Virus record (IMG/VR): IMGVR_UViG_3300020577_001549
Source: an uncultured virus (IMG/VR IMGVR_UViG_3300020577_001549)
Taxonomy: Duplodnaviria; Heunggongvirae; Uroviricota; Caudoviricetes
DNA length: 64,000 nucleotides
Reading direction: 5' to 3' (one strand)
Positions 16,998 to 26,307 of the stretch are shown here, one piece after another. The notes below the pieces were generated by a model. It had not been told where the DNA came from. It did not search any database and saw only the letters and a list, made by a program, of their open reading frames with translations. The position numbers were made by a program, and so were the translations under genes. Position 1 is the stretch's first letter. Each line of letters begins with the position of its first letter.

Positions 16998-17282
16998 TTA
17001 CTTTTTGCGCTCGCGCTTGGAAGTTTGAGACTTCATGGCACCTGTTTTTGTGCGTGCGAAGCTGGTGTTTTCGGTCTGCGGTGCGGCCCGCAGATTGCCC
17101 ATCTTGGACGTACCGCCCTTTGACAATGCCTTCTTGTGGTCAACGTCCACAGTCGAGGGCAAGTCGCCGTTGGCCTTCTCAAATTCACGCCGCGCCTTGT
17201 TGCGCTCCGAGCGTGCTTTGATTTGAGCCGGGGTGCCTTGGTACTTGGCGTACTCGGCGGCGTAGTCGCGTGCTTTAGCCAT
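16998..17282 (-). CDS. HNH endonuclease-like protein
   Basis: DVDHKKALSKGG...NLR...N motif; start at MAKARDY. Confidence 0.75.
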   Translation of the reverse strand: MAKARDYAAEYAKYQGTPAQIKARSERNKARREFEKANGDLPSTVDVDHKKALSKGGTSKMGNLRAAPQTENTSFARTKTGAMKSQTSKRERKK

Positions 17283-17937
17283 GATGAAACTCGCAAGAAG
17301 AAACGGGACAGAATTTGCAAAGGGCGGATGAGCGAGGGTTCCACACCCCCACCTCCGCGGCCTTCTCGATTGCCCCGGCTCTGCCTGCCCACTTGGACAG
17401 AATCTCGGGGAGCTGAGCACGAGTGTACTCAGCCTTGATGATGTCGCCAACCACCACGAACAGGAGTGCGCCTTTGACCTTCTCGACTGTTGGGTGGTGC
17501 AGCATGACCATTGCAGCCATGAGCTCAAGCTGCGCGGTGTCTGCGTACCGGCTGGACTTGCCGGTCTTGTAGTCGCCTACGAGAGCTGTCTTGCCTGATT
17601 TGCTGATCGCAAGGTAGTCCGGGATGCCTCGGAACCAAACGTCCTTGTCAAAGAAGCCACACGGGCTAAAGTCAACTCGGATCGCCATTTTCTCCTCGCA
17701 GCGGATGTCACCGGGGTGGGCAGCGAGAGGTTCCACGAATGGCAGGTAGTGCGCAAAACTCTCAGGGAGTGGGGTGCGTAATTTGATGAAGTCTTCAAAG
17801 GCTTTGTGTACTGCGGTTCCATAGAGGGTAGCTGTTGTGTCTTGTGATTTGTATCTTTTGAGGATGCGAACTTCGTGGTAACGACGGCCACAGCCCTCGT
17901 AATCTTTGACGGATGAATAGGAGTGTGCGAGTGCCAT
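17275..17937 (-). CDS. PD-(D/E)XK Cas4/RecB-like exonuclease
   Basis: RGIPD...DYKTGK, QLELMA; N-terminal Cys plus CKFCPVSSC Fe-S ligands. Confidence 0.85.
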   Translation of the reverse strand: MALAHSYSSVKDYEGCGRRYHEVRILKRYKSQDTTATLYGTAVHKAFEDFIKLRTPLPESFAHYLPFVEPLAAHPGDIRCEEKMAIRVDFSPCGFFDKDVWFRGIPDYLAISKSGKTALVGDYKTGKSSRYADTAQLELMAAMVMLHHPTVEKVKGALLFVVVGDIIKAEYTRAQLPEILSKWAGRAGAIEKAAEVGVWNPRSSALCKFCPVSSCEFHHG

Positions 17938-17978
17938 AGAAGTGAACTGGTGGTTTGTTTGAACCACCAGTTTACCAG

Positions 17979-19877
17979 TCAACAGTCGCCGTAGGAAGCG
18001 CCCATGCCGGATTCACAGGACAGGGGCAAGCCCACCGCCCACTTGGGATTCCAACTCATGCACTCTTCCAGATAGGCTTGGGCCTCGGCGGCTTCTTCCT
18101 CTTTGGCAATGATGGCCACGGCGTCATGCACCGTCAGCACGACCTTGTACCGCTTGGACACGCGCAGCATCTGCTCGGCCACCACCTGACGCGCCACAGC
18201 TTGGCAGATGTTCTCCACGACCTTCCCGCCGTAGATGCGGACTGGCAGCCCCTTGGAGGTGTAGACCAGCTCGTCCTTGCCTGTCTCGTCGTTGGCGACT
18301 CGGCGCAGGTCGGGGTACTGGATGTGCAGACCGTTTGGCAGTGTCAAACCCTTGCCGGGGATCGCTTTGATCAGACCGATCGCATCCACCTGCATGGACT
18401 GGCCAGTCAGTAGTGCGTTCAGTGCGTCGCCCGCACGCTTCCAGAAGTCCGCGATCTTGAACGACGACGAGCGGTATGCGTCGATGATGCGCTTGGCTTC
18501 ATCCAGCGACACCGTGACACCCGCTTGGGTCTTGAGGAACGCTTGCAGCTTGACGTGGCCAACGCCATACCCTGCGCCCAGCACCACGGTCTTGCCCACC
18601 TGCCGCTGGCTACCAGAGCCGGACGTTACGTCCTCCACCGGTATGCCGTAAATCTTCGAGGCCATGAGCTTGTACACGTCTTGCTTGTCACGGAACGCTT
18701 GCACCAGATCGGCCTGTCCGGCCAGCCACGCCAGCACGCGGGCTTCGATCTGCGCAGAGTCACAGTCGATCACCACGTAGCCCTTGGGGGCCTTGATGGC
18801 CTTTTTGATCTTGCCTGCGTTGGCCCCGCGCGATGGCAGGTTCTGCAGGTTCACTGAATCTTGGCCAGACCAACGACCAGAATGAGCACCGTAGTAACGC
18901 AGAGGAACCGGAAACTTGCCGCGAGTAGCCATCCCAATAAAACGCTCCGTACGAGTTTCCTCCAGTGTGGTTTTATTCCCGAGTCGGGCAGCCACGAGCG
19001 CTTGCACTCTTTCATCTTCGTGTTCCTCAAGCGCCTTGAACGCCTCGTCTGTTTTGGCAAATGCCCATGCAGTCTTCTTGGTAGCCGCGCTGATCTTGGT
19101 GGGTGGGGCGACGCCCAGTGACTCCAGCGCCTTGGCGAACTTGTCGTTAGACATGAGCAGCTTCTTGATGCCCGCCGTGCCTTCGGTGTAGATCGCATGC
19201 ACGTAGTCGGGGTCCGCGTCCTTGAGCATGTGGTCGCGCACAGTCTCCAGCAAAGTCAGCTTGTTTTCCTTGACAGTCTCCAAGTGGGCGACCAGTTGAG
19301 CGGCGTCCAGCTCCAGCACGGGCTCGATGAACATGCGCAGCGTGAGGTCCAGCAGTTTTAGCTCTTGCTTGGGGAAGCCCATGGACATGTACTGCATGAA
19401 GATGTCGTACGTCAGGTCCACGTCGTTGTTGCAATACTCGCCATACTTGGCCAGCTCGTACGGCGTGAAGTCCTTGTAGTGCATGCCCTTGGCGTTGTTC
19501 ACCTCGTCGCCCTTGACCCCGGCTCCCATGCGTTCGGCTTGGGCTTTGAGGCTGTGCGAGCGGTCATGCGGATACAGCGCACGGGACATGCCCATGATGT
19601 CGATCCACGCCATTGGGTTGATGCCGTAGTGCCACGCCATGATGGCTCCGTCGAACGCAGTGTTCTGCGCAACGACCACGGCCTCAGACCAGTCGATGGA
19701 TGCCAGCGTAGCCTCCACGCTCGGCTTTGGCACCCACGTAGTCGGCCCGTTGTTGATCTTGTACGAGAAGCCGATGGTTTCCCACTGCGGCCCCCGCACG
19801 TACTCTTCGGTCGTGAGCTTGGAGAAGCCGTAGTCCGAACTGTAAAAAGTTTCAAAATCGATGGTGACGATTATCAT
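17979..19877 (-). CDS. DNA polymerase family A with 3'-5' exonuclease
   Basis: IDFET exo I, NTAFD, YCNNDV; motif A DSAQIEAR, motif B RQVGKTVVLGAGYG, motif C VHD. Confidence 0.95.
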   Translation of the reverse strand: MIIVTIDFETFYSSDYGFSKLTTEEYVRGPQWETIGFSYKINNGPTTWVPKPSVEATLASIDWSEAVVVAQNTAFDGAIMAWHYGINPMAWIDIMGMSRALYPHDRSHSLKAQAERMGAGVKGDEVNNAKGMHYKDFTPYELAKYGEYCNNDVDLTYDIFMQYMSMGFPKQELKLLDLTLRMFIEPVLELDAAQLVAHLETVKENKLTLLETVRDHMLKDADPDYVHAIYTEGTAGIKKLLMSNDKFAKALESLGVAPPTKISAATKKTAWAFAKTDEAFKALEEHEDERVQALVAARLGNKTTLEETRTERFIGMATRGKFPVPLRYYGAHSGRWSGQDSVNLQNLPSRGANAGKIKKAIKAPKGYVVIDCDSAQIEARVLAWLAGQADLVQAFRDKQDVYKLMASKIYGIPVEDVTSGSGSQRQVGKTVVLGAGYGVGHVKLQAFLKTQAGVTVSLDEAKRIIDAYRSSSFKIADFWKRAGDALNALLTGQSMQVDAIGLIKAIPGKGLTLPNGLHIQYPDLRRVANDETGKDELVYTSKGLPVRIYGGKVVENICQAVARQVVAEQMLRVSKRYKVVLTVHDAVAIIAKEEEAAEAQAYLEECMSWNPKWAVGLPLSCESGMGASYGDC

Positions 19878-20281
19878 TTGGGGAGTCCCCCGTGTGGGTA
19901 CTTGAGATGGTGGTCGTCCTTCATCTCCATGGCTCGCAGGTAGGCCTCGTAGTCAATCGCGCCCTGCGCTAATGAGGCCGTGGGCAACCCCAAACGGCTG
20001 ATTTCAACCCGCTTGCGGTCCTGCTCAGGGTCCATGATCCTCGTGATCACATGCTCGGCCAGCAGCGCCTCACGGATGTACTTCTCGAACGCATCGCACA
20101 GGGCCCGGGCGTCGCGCTCCGTGAGTAGCATGTAGGTTTCGTTGGCCCCCTTACTGCGGGAGAGCGCTTGAGTCATGATGGTGTACCACTTGGCCCCGCT
20201 ACCCCAAAACTCTTTTGGGTGCGTCTGCATCCGTTCGATCAGCATCTTCGCTCCGTCGGAGCAGTTCAGTTCCTGTGTCAT
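19874..20281 (-). CDS. Hypothetical protein
   Basis: GGAG RBS; 4-bp overlap with the polymerase start. Confidence 0.7.
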   Translation of the reverse strand: MTQELNCSDGAKMLIERMQTHPKEFWGSGAKWYTIMTQALSRSKGANETYMLLTERDARALCDAFEKYIREALLAEHVITRIMDPEQDRKRVEISRLGLPTASLAQGAIDYEAYLRAMEMKDDHHLKYPHGGLPK

Positions 20282-20319
20282 CGTTTCTCCAATCAAGGTT
20301 TTTCTGTTTGGCGCGGCGC

Positions 20320-20703
20320 TCACGGCGCTTTAGGTTTGCGTTTAACCGGCGCTCTTGTTCCGCCGTCATCTTCGGTGAGTGGCTTTGTATGAAGGTGGTA
20401 ATTGGATCGGGCGAATTGTGGGTCATCGAGCATCACCTCCAGCACGCTCAGGTTCGTTTCGTTGACGACCATGGCAAGGCCACCGGCTTCGTCAATTCTT
20501 TTAAGGTTCAAAGTTTGCAGGTCGGTGGGCTTGTTGTTGCCCGCCTTGGCCTCGATGCCGATGAACCGTCCTTTGAGACAAGCCAGAATGTCTGGCGTGC
20601 CGTTGTTGGCAGAGATGCCGCCGATGTAGTTGACCGCGTAGGCCCCACGCGCTTTGAGCATCGCGTGGATTTTGGCCTTGACCTTGGACTCAGGCGTTGC
20701 CAC
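20320..20703 (-). CDS. VRR-NUC domain nuclease (resolvase-like)
   Basis: TPESKVK, GTPDI, FIGIEAKA, PTDLQ motifs; GTG start inferred. Confidence 0.85.
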   Translation of the reverse strand: MATPESKVKAKIHAMLKARGAYAVNYIGGISANNGTPDILACLKGRFIGIEAKAGNNKPTDLQTLNLKRIDEAGGLAMVVNETNLSVLEVMLDDPQFARSNYHLHTKPLTEDDGGTRAPVKRKPKAP

Positions 20704-20941
20704 GCAGTACCTCGGCAAGCTTCATCTTGTAATGCTGGAATTTGCCAGCGTCGTCGCTGTCCTTCTTGCCAGCACGCATGCCGTACTTCACGCAGTTGCC
20801 CTTCAAGAACCCGATGAACTCCTCGCGGGTCAAGACTGCTTCCATCACGGCCCATGGCTGCACGCCCATGTCCTTGTAGTGCTGGCCACCGATTTGCAAC
20901 TCGTCAGCGGTTGCGTGCATTGTGACTTTGTGTTCGCTCAT
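20690..20941 (-). CDS. DUF3310 / T7 gp1.7-like nucleotide kinase family protein
   Basis: GGQHY, GFLKGNCVKY-RAGKK, DAGK-HY motifs. Confidence 0.8.
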   Translation of the reverse strand: MSEHKVTMHATADELQIGGQHYKDMGVQPWAVMEAVLTREEFIGFLKGNCVKYGMRAGKKDSDDAGKFQHYKMKLAEVLRGNA

Positions 20942-21192
20942 GGGTTTTCCTTTTTGACAGTGAACATTTTGCCCTTGCCGTGGTTGGCCACGGTGTGTGG
21001 GGCGGTGCTTTTCTTTGAGTCTTTGCCGTAGGAGTAGATGCTGCTGCTGGCAGTCATGTCCTTGGATCGCTCTGGGATGGGTGTCGGTTTGACGCACAGG
21101 ATGCCCAGCGAGTTCTCGCGCCAGTTGAAGGCGTTGTGCATGGATTTGGGGGTGCCATCAGGCCACTTGTGGATCATCGAGAAACCTTTCAA
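20938..21192 (-). CDS. Hypothetical protein
   Basis: Coupled ORF in the operon. Confidence 0.55.
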   Translation of the reverse strand: MKGFSMIHKWPDGTPKSMHNAFNWRENSLGILCVKPTPIPERSKDMTASSSIYSYGKDSKKSTAPHTVANHGKGKMFTVKKENP

Positions 21193-21652
21193 TTATGGGA
21201 CGCATCTTTTTCTGACGCAGATTTTCTAACACATCTTGCATGGCAAACTCCAGCTCCCGCACGGTTGCGGCTTCGAGCTGCGCGTCATGCACCTGCATGC
21301 CAAGGTTCAGGGCTTTGAGTTCTTCACCGCGCACAATGAACTTGTTGCCGTTTGCCACACCCCTGCGGGCCAGCTCCAGCAGCTTGTCTTGCGCGTCTTG
21401 AATCTCAGGCAGCCAGTCCTCGCCTTTACCGCGCTTGGCCAACGCCTCGGCCACGTTCATGGCGTCGATGATGGCATCAATGTCGCGGCGTGTGGCTTCG
21501 CCTTTGCGCAGGTTGTTCATCGAGTCGTAGTTGCGAATCTTGAGCGTAGTGCCCGCACCGATTTCATCGACTTTTTTCATGCCCGCTCTGACCCACGACA
21601 TGGTGTCGATGATGACACCTTTGGGCCTGTACTTGCTGCGTTTTCTGGTCAT
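21158..21652 (-). CDS. Hypothetical protein
   Basis: 164 aa, coupled ORF. Confidence 0.7.
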   Translation of the reverse strand: MTRKRSKYRPKGVIIDTMSWVRAGMKKVDEIGAGTTLKIRNYDSMNNLRKGEATRRDIDAIIDAMNVAEALAKRGKGEDWLPEIQDAQDKLLELARRGVANGNKFIVRGEELKALNLGMQVHDAQLEAATVRELEFAMQDVLENLRQKKMRPIIERFLDDPQVA

Positions 21653-21891
21653 ACGAATCCAAGTTCTTTTTTGAAGGCTGACAAGCCCAATATCATGTCA
21701 TGTGCTTGCGCATAGTCAAGGCACACGTAGTAGTCCTGCCGAATGGTATCGGTGGTAGGGAACTTGGCAATGAACCCATTGCCGGTGTCAGTGACCTCGC
21801 ACAGCGCGGCGTTTTTGACGTGTGGGGAGTAACCTTCGCCAGCATGCACAAAGGACGTTTCCCCGACGCGGGTGACGAGTTCGATGGTCAT
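21649..21891 (-). CDS. Hypothetical protein
   Basis: ATGA overlaps on both sides. Confidence 0.65.
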   Translation of the reverse strand: MTIELVTRVGETSFVHAGEGYSPHVKNAALCEVTDTGNGFIAKFPTTDTIRQDYYVCLDYAQAHDMILGLSAFKKELGFV

Positions 21892-22181
21892 CGTTTATCC
21901 AACCAGACCGTGTGGGTCTTTGCTTTGGGGTTCATCTGTTGGCGGAACGTGTACTCGCCCACGATTGCCTTGTTGCGCTCGTAGCGAGCGTACGCTTTTT
22001 TGAGCGCGGACACTTCATCTGTCGGCAGGACGACTGCCACATCATTGAGCAGCATGTGATCGAAGTTCTTGTCGTACTTGGTTTCGCCCTTGCTGTGCTT
22101 GGGTGTCTGCGGTTTGGGCACGTAGGTGAACTCCCCCTCGGGTGGCTTGGGCATCACCCATGCAGTTTTCGGCTCAGTCAT
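21888..22181 (-). CDS. Hypothetical protein
   Basis: Start MTEPKTAW with GAGGA upstream; ATGA overlap. Confidence 0.65.
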   Translation of the reverse strand: MTEPKTAWVMPKPPEGEFTYVPKPQTPKHSKGETKYDKNFDHMLLNDVAVVLPTDEVSALKKAYARYERNKAIVGEYTFRQQMNPKAKTHTVWLDKR

Positions 22182-22276
22182 AGCGGGGCGTCCTCGTGGT
22201 TGTTTGGGTTGAATGGAATGGGCTTGTGGCCCTTGTCTTGTGGCGGTGGGCCGCCGATGGGGAATGGCCACGTCAT
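22178..22276 (-). CDS. 32-aa peptide (MTWPFP...)
   Basis: GGAGGA RBS; ATGA overlaps on both sides. Confidence 0.55.
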   Translation of the reverse strand: MTWPFPIGGPPPQDKGHKPIPFNPNNHEDAPL

Positions 22277-22443
22277 TCGTCCTCCTCCTCGGCGTCCATG
22301 TGGTCGTGGATCACTTGCACTTTGGCCAGCTCCAGCACGCCAATCGCTGTCGCCACCGGCATGGACTCGCTGTACTTGTAGACCACGGCCAGCACCTCGT
22401 CCAGCATACCCTCGGCCAGCTTCATTGGGTTCAGGTTGTTCAT
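22273..22443 (-). CDS. Hypothetical protein
   Basis: AAGGAG RBS; acidic C-terminus. Confidence 0.6.
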   Translation of the reverse strand: MNNLNPMKLAEGMLDEVLAVVYKYSESMPVATAIGVLELAKVQVIHDHMDAEEEDE

Positions 22444-22712
22444 GTGTTCTTCTCCTTGATTTTGGCTTCGATGGCTCGGTACATTGCGCCAAGGCCACGC
22501 ATTACTTTGCCGCGCCATTGGAATTTCTTTCGGCTCGGCCAGTAGTCGAGGCGTTCGCCGTTGATGCTTCGTGACCAGTGGTAAGGCGTGTGCTTTGTCC
22601 ATTCTCCAGCATCGTCGGTCATGGCCTGCTTGAGAAATCGCTCGCGGTCGGCGTCAAACTTGGTTCGGCTGTGCTTTTTCAGCGCGTCCCAGATTGGATC
22701 GCGGTCGGTCAT
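22440..22712 (-). CDS. Hypothetical protein
   Basis: HW...LDYWPSRKKF motif; coupled ORF. Confidence 0.7.
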   Translation of the reverse strand: MTDRDPIWDALKKHSRTKFDADRERFLKQAMTDDAGEWTKHTPYHWSRSINGERLDYWPSRKKFQWRGKVMRGLGAMYRAIEAKIKEKNT

Positions 22713-22948
22713 GCGTCCCCCTTGATGCCGTGGGCGGCTTCGATGGCTCGGGTGATTTGGAGCATTTCCGATAAATACGGCCAGCGTGTGTTTGTCCCGA
22801 TGGCTTTCGCAATCTCCTCATCCGTCAGCGGCTTGCGCTGTGCTGGTGGGGTGGTATAGAGGGCATCAATTGCGTCGTTCCAACCACGGTTGTACAGACG
22901 CACTTCCATGGAATCGCAATCGCGTTCTGGTTTTTTATCCGGCGTCAT
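22709..22948 (-). CDS. Hypothetical modular protein ending AAHGIK
   Basis: LYTTPPAQRKPLTDEEI...ARAIEAAHGIK-type modules. Confidence 0.65.
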   Translation of the reverse strand: MTPDKKPERDCDSMEVRLYNRGWNDAIDALYTTPPAQRKPLTDEEIAKAIGTNTRWPYLSEMLQITRAIEAAHGIKGDA

Positions 22949-23039
22949 TTTTGTTCCTTTCTCCAGCCATGTAGCCGAGTACAAACGCCACTACTGCCAC
23001 GAAAAGCAAATAGGCAATATGGTCATGCGTCCAGCTCAT
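22935..23039 (-). CDS. Small membrane peptide
   Basis: MSWTHDHIAYLLFVAVVAFVLGY...; AAGGAG RBS. Confidence 0.5.
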   Translation of the reverse strand: MSWTHDHIAYLLFVAVVAFVLGYMAGERNKNDAG

Positions 23040-23320
23040 GCGTTCTTCTCCTTGATGCCGTGGGCGGCTTTCATTTCGCTCAGGTGGCGGCTTGTTTCTC
23101 TTTCGATGTGGTGCTGGACCCGCTTAATGGCTTGCGCTGTTTCGTAGTCAAGATCAAACCCCCACGCAGTTTCATCCTCTTCCAAATTGCGGGGGTTGCC
23201 TTCATGCATACACGACCCGCAAGGTGCCGACAGGTGGCACGCGCAATTCCCATCTCCATAAATAGCGTAGAAATCATCTGCCAGTTCTTGCGCCCATGGT
23301 TTGAGTTGTCGTTCTGTCAT
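23036..23320 (-). CDS. Hypothetical Cys/His (Zn-binding) protein ending AAHGIK
   Basis: CACHLSAPCGSC motif. Confidence 0.7.
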   Translation of the reverse strand: MTERQLKPWAQELADDFYAIYGDGNCACHLSAPCGSCMHEGNPRNLEEDETAWGFDLDYETAQAIKRVQHHIERETSRHLSEMKAAHGIKEKNA

Positions 23321-23323
23321 GTA

Positions 23324-23638
23324 TTACTCCTTGATGCCGTGGGCGGCTTTCAGTTTGCGCAGCAACTCGACTCGCTCCATATCCCATGCCTTTTGTTTGT
23401 CCGCCATTGCGCGGTTGCCGATGCTGTCGCACCGCAATGCGTGATCAAGTTGAACTTCGATCATCCCGTCTATCAATTCAAGTTCGCGGGCCGTCAGCGG
23501 TTCCTGCTGCTGTGCTGGCTTACGCAAGTATTCACGGGCAGCTTCAATGGCTACCTTGCTAAACTGAATTGGTCTTGTCTGCTCAGTGTGATATTCCAGC
23601 GCACTCAGCAGGTCTTCAATAAGTTCTCGGTCGGTCAT
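23324..23638 (-). CDS. Hypothetical modular protein ending AAHGIKE
   Basis: AAGGAG RBS; PAQQQEP linker. Confidence 0.65.
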   Translation of the reverse strand: MTDRELIEDLLSALEYHTEQTRPIQFSKVAIEAAREYLRKPAQQQEPLTARELELIDGMIEVQLDHALRCDSIGNRAMADKQKAWDMERVELLRKLKAAHGIKE

Positions 23639-24063
23639 TGTGGCTCCTTGTGAATCCAAACTTCTACGCCCGTGTCCGGAGTTTTGTAATCCAGCTCGGG
23701 GTTGCACCAGCAAGGCGACCCGTCAGTAATGTGATCTCGCTGCTGTGCTGGCTGTGGTGATGTGTAGAGCATCCACCTTTCTTCAGGGTCGGTCTTGTCA
23801 AAACCATCTTTGTCTGTGTGCATCCAAGCACAGTGCGCTTTCATCCAAACCAAATACACCGGCTCCTGCTGCTGTGCTGGCTGTGCTGCCTTCAGACCAT
23901 CGTTGTACCCAGCCACATAGTTTGGTGAATACTTCAGACCATCCTTGCTGCGTGTTTTGGGATCAATCTGCTGTGCTGGCTGCTCTGTACCCCGTTGCAT
24001 GATTTCAGGGAATCGTTCCCACATCATTTCAAGCAAGTGCTTGTCTGTAATTGGTGCTCTCAT
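23635..24063 (-). CDS. Hypothetical modular protein with PAQQ linkers
   Basis: Three PAQQ repeats; C-terminal CWCNP. Confidence 0.65.
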   Translation of the reverse strand: MRAPITDKHLLEMMWERFPEIMQRGTEQPAQQIDPKTRSKDGLKYSPNYVAGYNDGLKAAQPAQQQEPVYLVWMKAHCAWMHTDKDGFDKTDPEERWMLYTSPQPAQQRDHITDGSPCWCNPELDYKTPDTGVEVWIHKEPQ

Positions 24064-24215
24064 GCTGTCACCTCGCGCATCTCCCAGCCCATCTTGAAAT
24101 AATTCCAGCGGGTCTGGAGTGACGGATTCAGGTATTTGCCTTTGTCGGATTGGCTGAAGTCCGTATGGCCTTTGGTGCGCATAATGGCTTCAAATACTTG
24201 CTGCGTCTTGGTCAT
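24060..24215 (-). CDS. Hypothetical protein (51 aa)
   Basis: MTKTQQVFEAIM... read manually; ATGA overlaps. Confidence 0.6.
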   Translation of the reverse strand: MTKTQQVFEAIMRTKGHTDFSQSDKGKYLNPSLQTRWNYFKMGWEMREVTA

Positions 24216-24445
24216 AGCCCCACCTGCTTCAACGCGGCTTGCAGCCCCGCCAGTCCACCGACACGTTGGTCGTCGATGAAGATTTGAGGCATCTGGCGAA
24301 TGTCGGGGTGCCGCAGATTGAACGCCATGAGCTCGCTTGGGTCATCGACGTTGCGCTCGACGTAGCTGAGCTTTTTGCTTTGCAGGAGTTGCTTGGCGTG
24401 CTCGCAGTTGGGGCACGCGCTCTTGGTGTACATGACGATTTTCAT
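24212..24445 (-). CDS. Glutaredoxin
   Basis: CPNC active site; MPQIFI, VGG motifs. Confidence 0.9.
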   Translation of the reverse strand: MKIVMYTKSACPNCEHAKQLLQSKKLSYVERNVDDPSELMAFNLRHPDIRQMPQIFIDDQRVGGLAGLQAALKQVGL

Positions 24446-24568
24446 TTGGTGTCTTTCAAAAAGGTGAAGATGTGTGCACTGCACCGAGCACACACATAGA
24501 TGTGCATGTCGGGTGAGCGGTAGGGGTGGCCAAACTCAGTGGGCTCCCAGCGATGTTTGCAGTCCATG

Positions 24569-25027
24569 TCAGCCCCCGAAAATGGTTTTGAGTTCGTCGT
24601 ACATCTCACGCGCTTGCATGACGTTCATCTTGGCGATCATGGCCTTCACATCGGCGTCTACCGGCGGCGCTGGGAGCGTTGCGGGTGCTACAACCACTGG
24701 GGCTTCGGTTCGCACAACTCGCTCAGGCTTGGGGGTAGTGCGCTTGAGCGGCGCGTACTCTTGCTGGTTGGCGTACAGCAGACCGTTGGACTCCCTCACG
24801 TTGCCGTTGATGACGAATGTGGAAAGCAACGACGTGGACGACGATTGTTTAACGCCCAGCCCCGCCAGTGCGGCCACAGCTTGCGCTCGTGTCGTGCCCG
24901 GGTTGTCGCGGACGTACTCGAATGTGCGGCGTGTTGAGTTGGTCGTGACGTTGTGCCCGTTGATGATAGTTGTGGGGGTTTCCCACGACTGCAGGACTTT
25001 GGCCATTTCAGATTTGAGATCAGGCAT
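24569..25027 (-). CDS. Putative winged-helix DNA-binding protein
   Basis: FEYVRDNPGTTRAQ pattern; AAGGAG RBS. Confidence 0.55.
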   Translation of the reverse strand: MPDLKSEMAKVLQSWETPTTIINGHNVTTNSTRRTFEYVRDNPGTTRAQAVAALAGLGVKQSSSTSLLSTFVINGNVRESNGLLYANQQEYAPLKRTTPKPERVVRTEAPVVVAPATLPAPPVDADVKAMIAKMNVMQAREMYDELKTIFGG

Positions 25028-25553
25028 TTGCGAGCTCCTTGGATTGTGTTTTGTCTTTTGGCCAGCCGGCTCTTGCGAAGTCGGCCACGATGTTGGCAAC
25101 GGCGGGCAGCGTGCGGATAGCCGCAGGGGTGTCTTCTGGCAGGTACTTCTCAAACTCAGGCAGCAGCTCGGCCAGCGCCTTGCGCGTCGTGCATGACATG
25201 GCAGCGGACATCAGCTTCGCCTCCAAGTCCTTGCACATCTCGTTGTGCGCCTTTTGCTTTTCCGTAAGCGCGTCAACCGCTTTGCGCACGGCTGGGGACA
25301 TCTCGTAGCTCGCGCCACGCGGCGCGAACACATCCACGCTTGAAAATGGCGAGTGGTAGAAGTAGTGGCTGGTCGTTCGGAGGCAAAACCGCAGGTCTTT
25401 GTGCCGGGCCAGCGGCTGCACTTCGGCGGGCAGTTGCATGATGGATTCTTCGATGACCAGCTTGTGGGCCTGCGCTTCAAAGTTCTCGGGTTTTGGCACG
25501 TCCTGCATGGCGGCGCGGACAAATGCTTCGCGGATGTATTTGGTGAGTTTCAT
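25020..25553 (-). CDS. Nmad5-like (nucleotide-modification-associated) protein
   Basis: MKLTKYIR N-terminus and TTRKALAELLPE...YLP C-terminal motif. Confidence 0.6.
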   Translation of the reverse strand: MKLTKYIREAFVRAAMQDVPKPENFEAQAHKLVIEESIMQLPAEVQPLARHKDLRFCLRTTSHYFYHSPFSSVDVFAPRGASYEMSPAVRKAVDALTEKQKAHNEMCKDLEAKLMSAAMSCTTRKALAELLPEFEKYLPEDTPAAIRTLPAVANIVADFARAGWPKDKTQSKELANA

Positions 25554-25564
25554 TTCTTTTAACC

Positions 25565-26056
25565 TTAAAACAATTCGCCTTGGGCGGGTTTGAGGAGAGC
25601 AGCGAGGTTGGGGGGTGTCCAGCCTTCGGGTTTGAGAATCTTGCCGTCTTCGCGGCGGCGCACAGCGCCCGTCACAGGGTCGATCTTGGCCATGTTGGAA
25701 CGCACGACTTCTGCCCAGCCTTCGTTCATGGGCCAGCCGCGTGACAGGCCGTAGCCGATCAGCACCACGATCTGATCAAGCACCGCATCGAACTCGTCCA
25801 CTTCGTTGTCCGCCAGCTTTGCATCCAGCATTTCCGTGCGCTCTTCATCAATCAGCTCACGGTACATCTCGGCTTGCGCCGGGTTTGGTTTGTTCGTTGT
25901 CTGCCCACACGCACGCATGAAGAGGGCTTGCTCCTCAAATGCGGTCATGGGCTGGCTCTGCTTCATGTCCAAGCGTTCGCTCAGTGCTTTGATGATGCCG
26001 CCTTGGCCGTCGGCCTCGCGGATGAGTTCGTTGTCAGTCAAGTTGTCGTAATTCAT
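25565..26056 (-). CDS. MazG-like all-alpha NTP pyrophosphohydrolase
   Basis: LIDEERTE, DAVLD, EVVRSNMAK, REDGKILKPEGW. Confidence 0.85.
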   Translation of the reverse strand: MNYDNLTDNELIREADGQGGIIKALSERLDMKQSQPMTAFEEQALFMRACGQTTNKPNPAQAEMYRELIDEERTEMLDAKLADNEVDEFDAVLDQIVVLIGYGLSRGWPMNEGWAEVVRSNMAKIDPVTGAVRRREDGKILKPEGWTPPNLAALLKPAQGELF

Positions 26057-26307
26057 GTGAGCTCCAAAAAGTCGTTGAGGTTGTTGTTGAGGTCGGTGGT
26101 GAACCAGACGATGGCATCTGGCGGTGGTGCGTAGATTCGTTTGAGGTGGCCCCCAACGACTGCCGTATCAAGGATCGGCTTAAGCCATTCAGGCTCCGCG
26201 CCAAGATGCCCTCGGGTGATGGTTTCGTTGCCGTCGTGCCAGCACTTGAGGGAGAACATGCCGTCACGCTCCTCGTATCTGTATTCGCGTTCATGTGTTT
26301 GTAGCAT
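26053..26307 (-). CDS. Hypothetical protein
   Basis: Coupled ORF; start inferred. Confidence 0.55.
   Translation of the reverse strand: MLQTHEREYRYEERDGMFSLKCWHDGNETITRGHLGAEPEWLKPILDTAVVGGHLKRIYAPPPDAIVWFTTDLNNNLNDFLELT

Noticed and set aside
17275..17937. Cas4-like nuclease as evidence of CRISPR-Cas
   Set aside because: No array or other cas genes; it sits in the usual phage replication context next to PolA and the helicase
20690..26056. DNA base-modification system from the Nmad5-like, MazG-like, DUF3310 and glutaredoxin genes
   Set aside because: No base-modifying enzyme (PurZ, thymidylate-synthase-like, Que/DpdA or glycosyltransferase) was recognised; these genes are common stand-alone accessories
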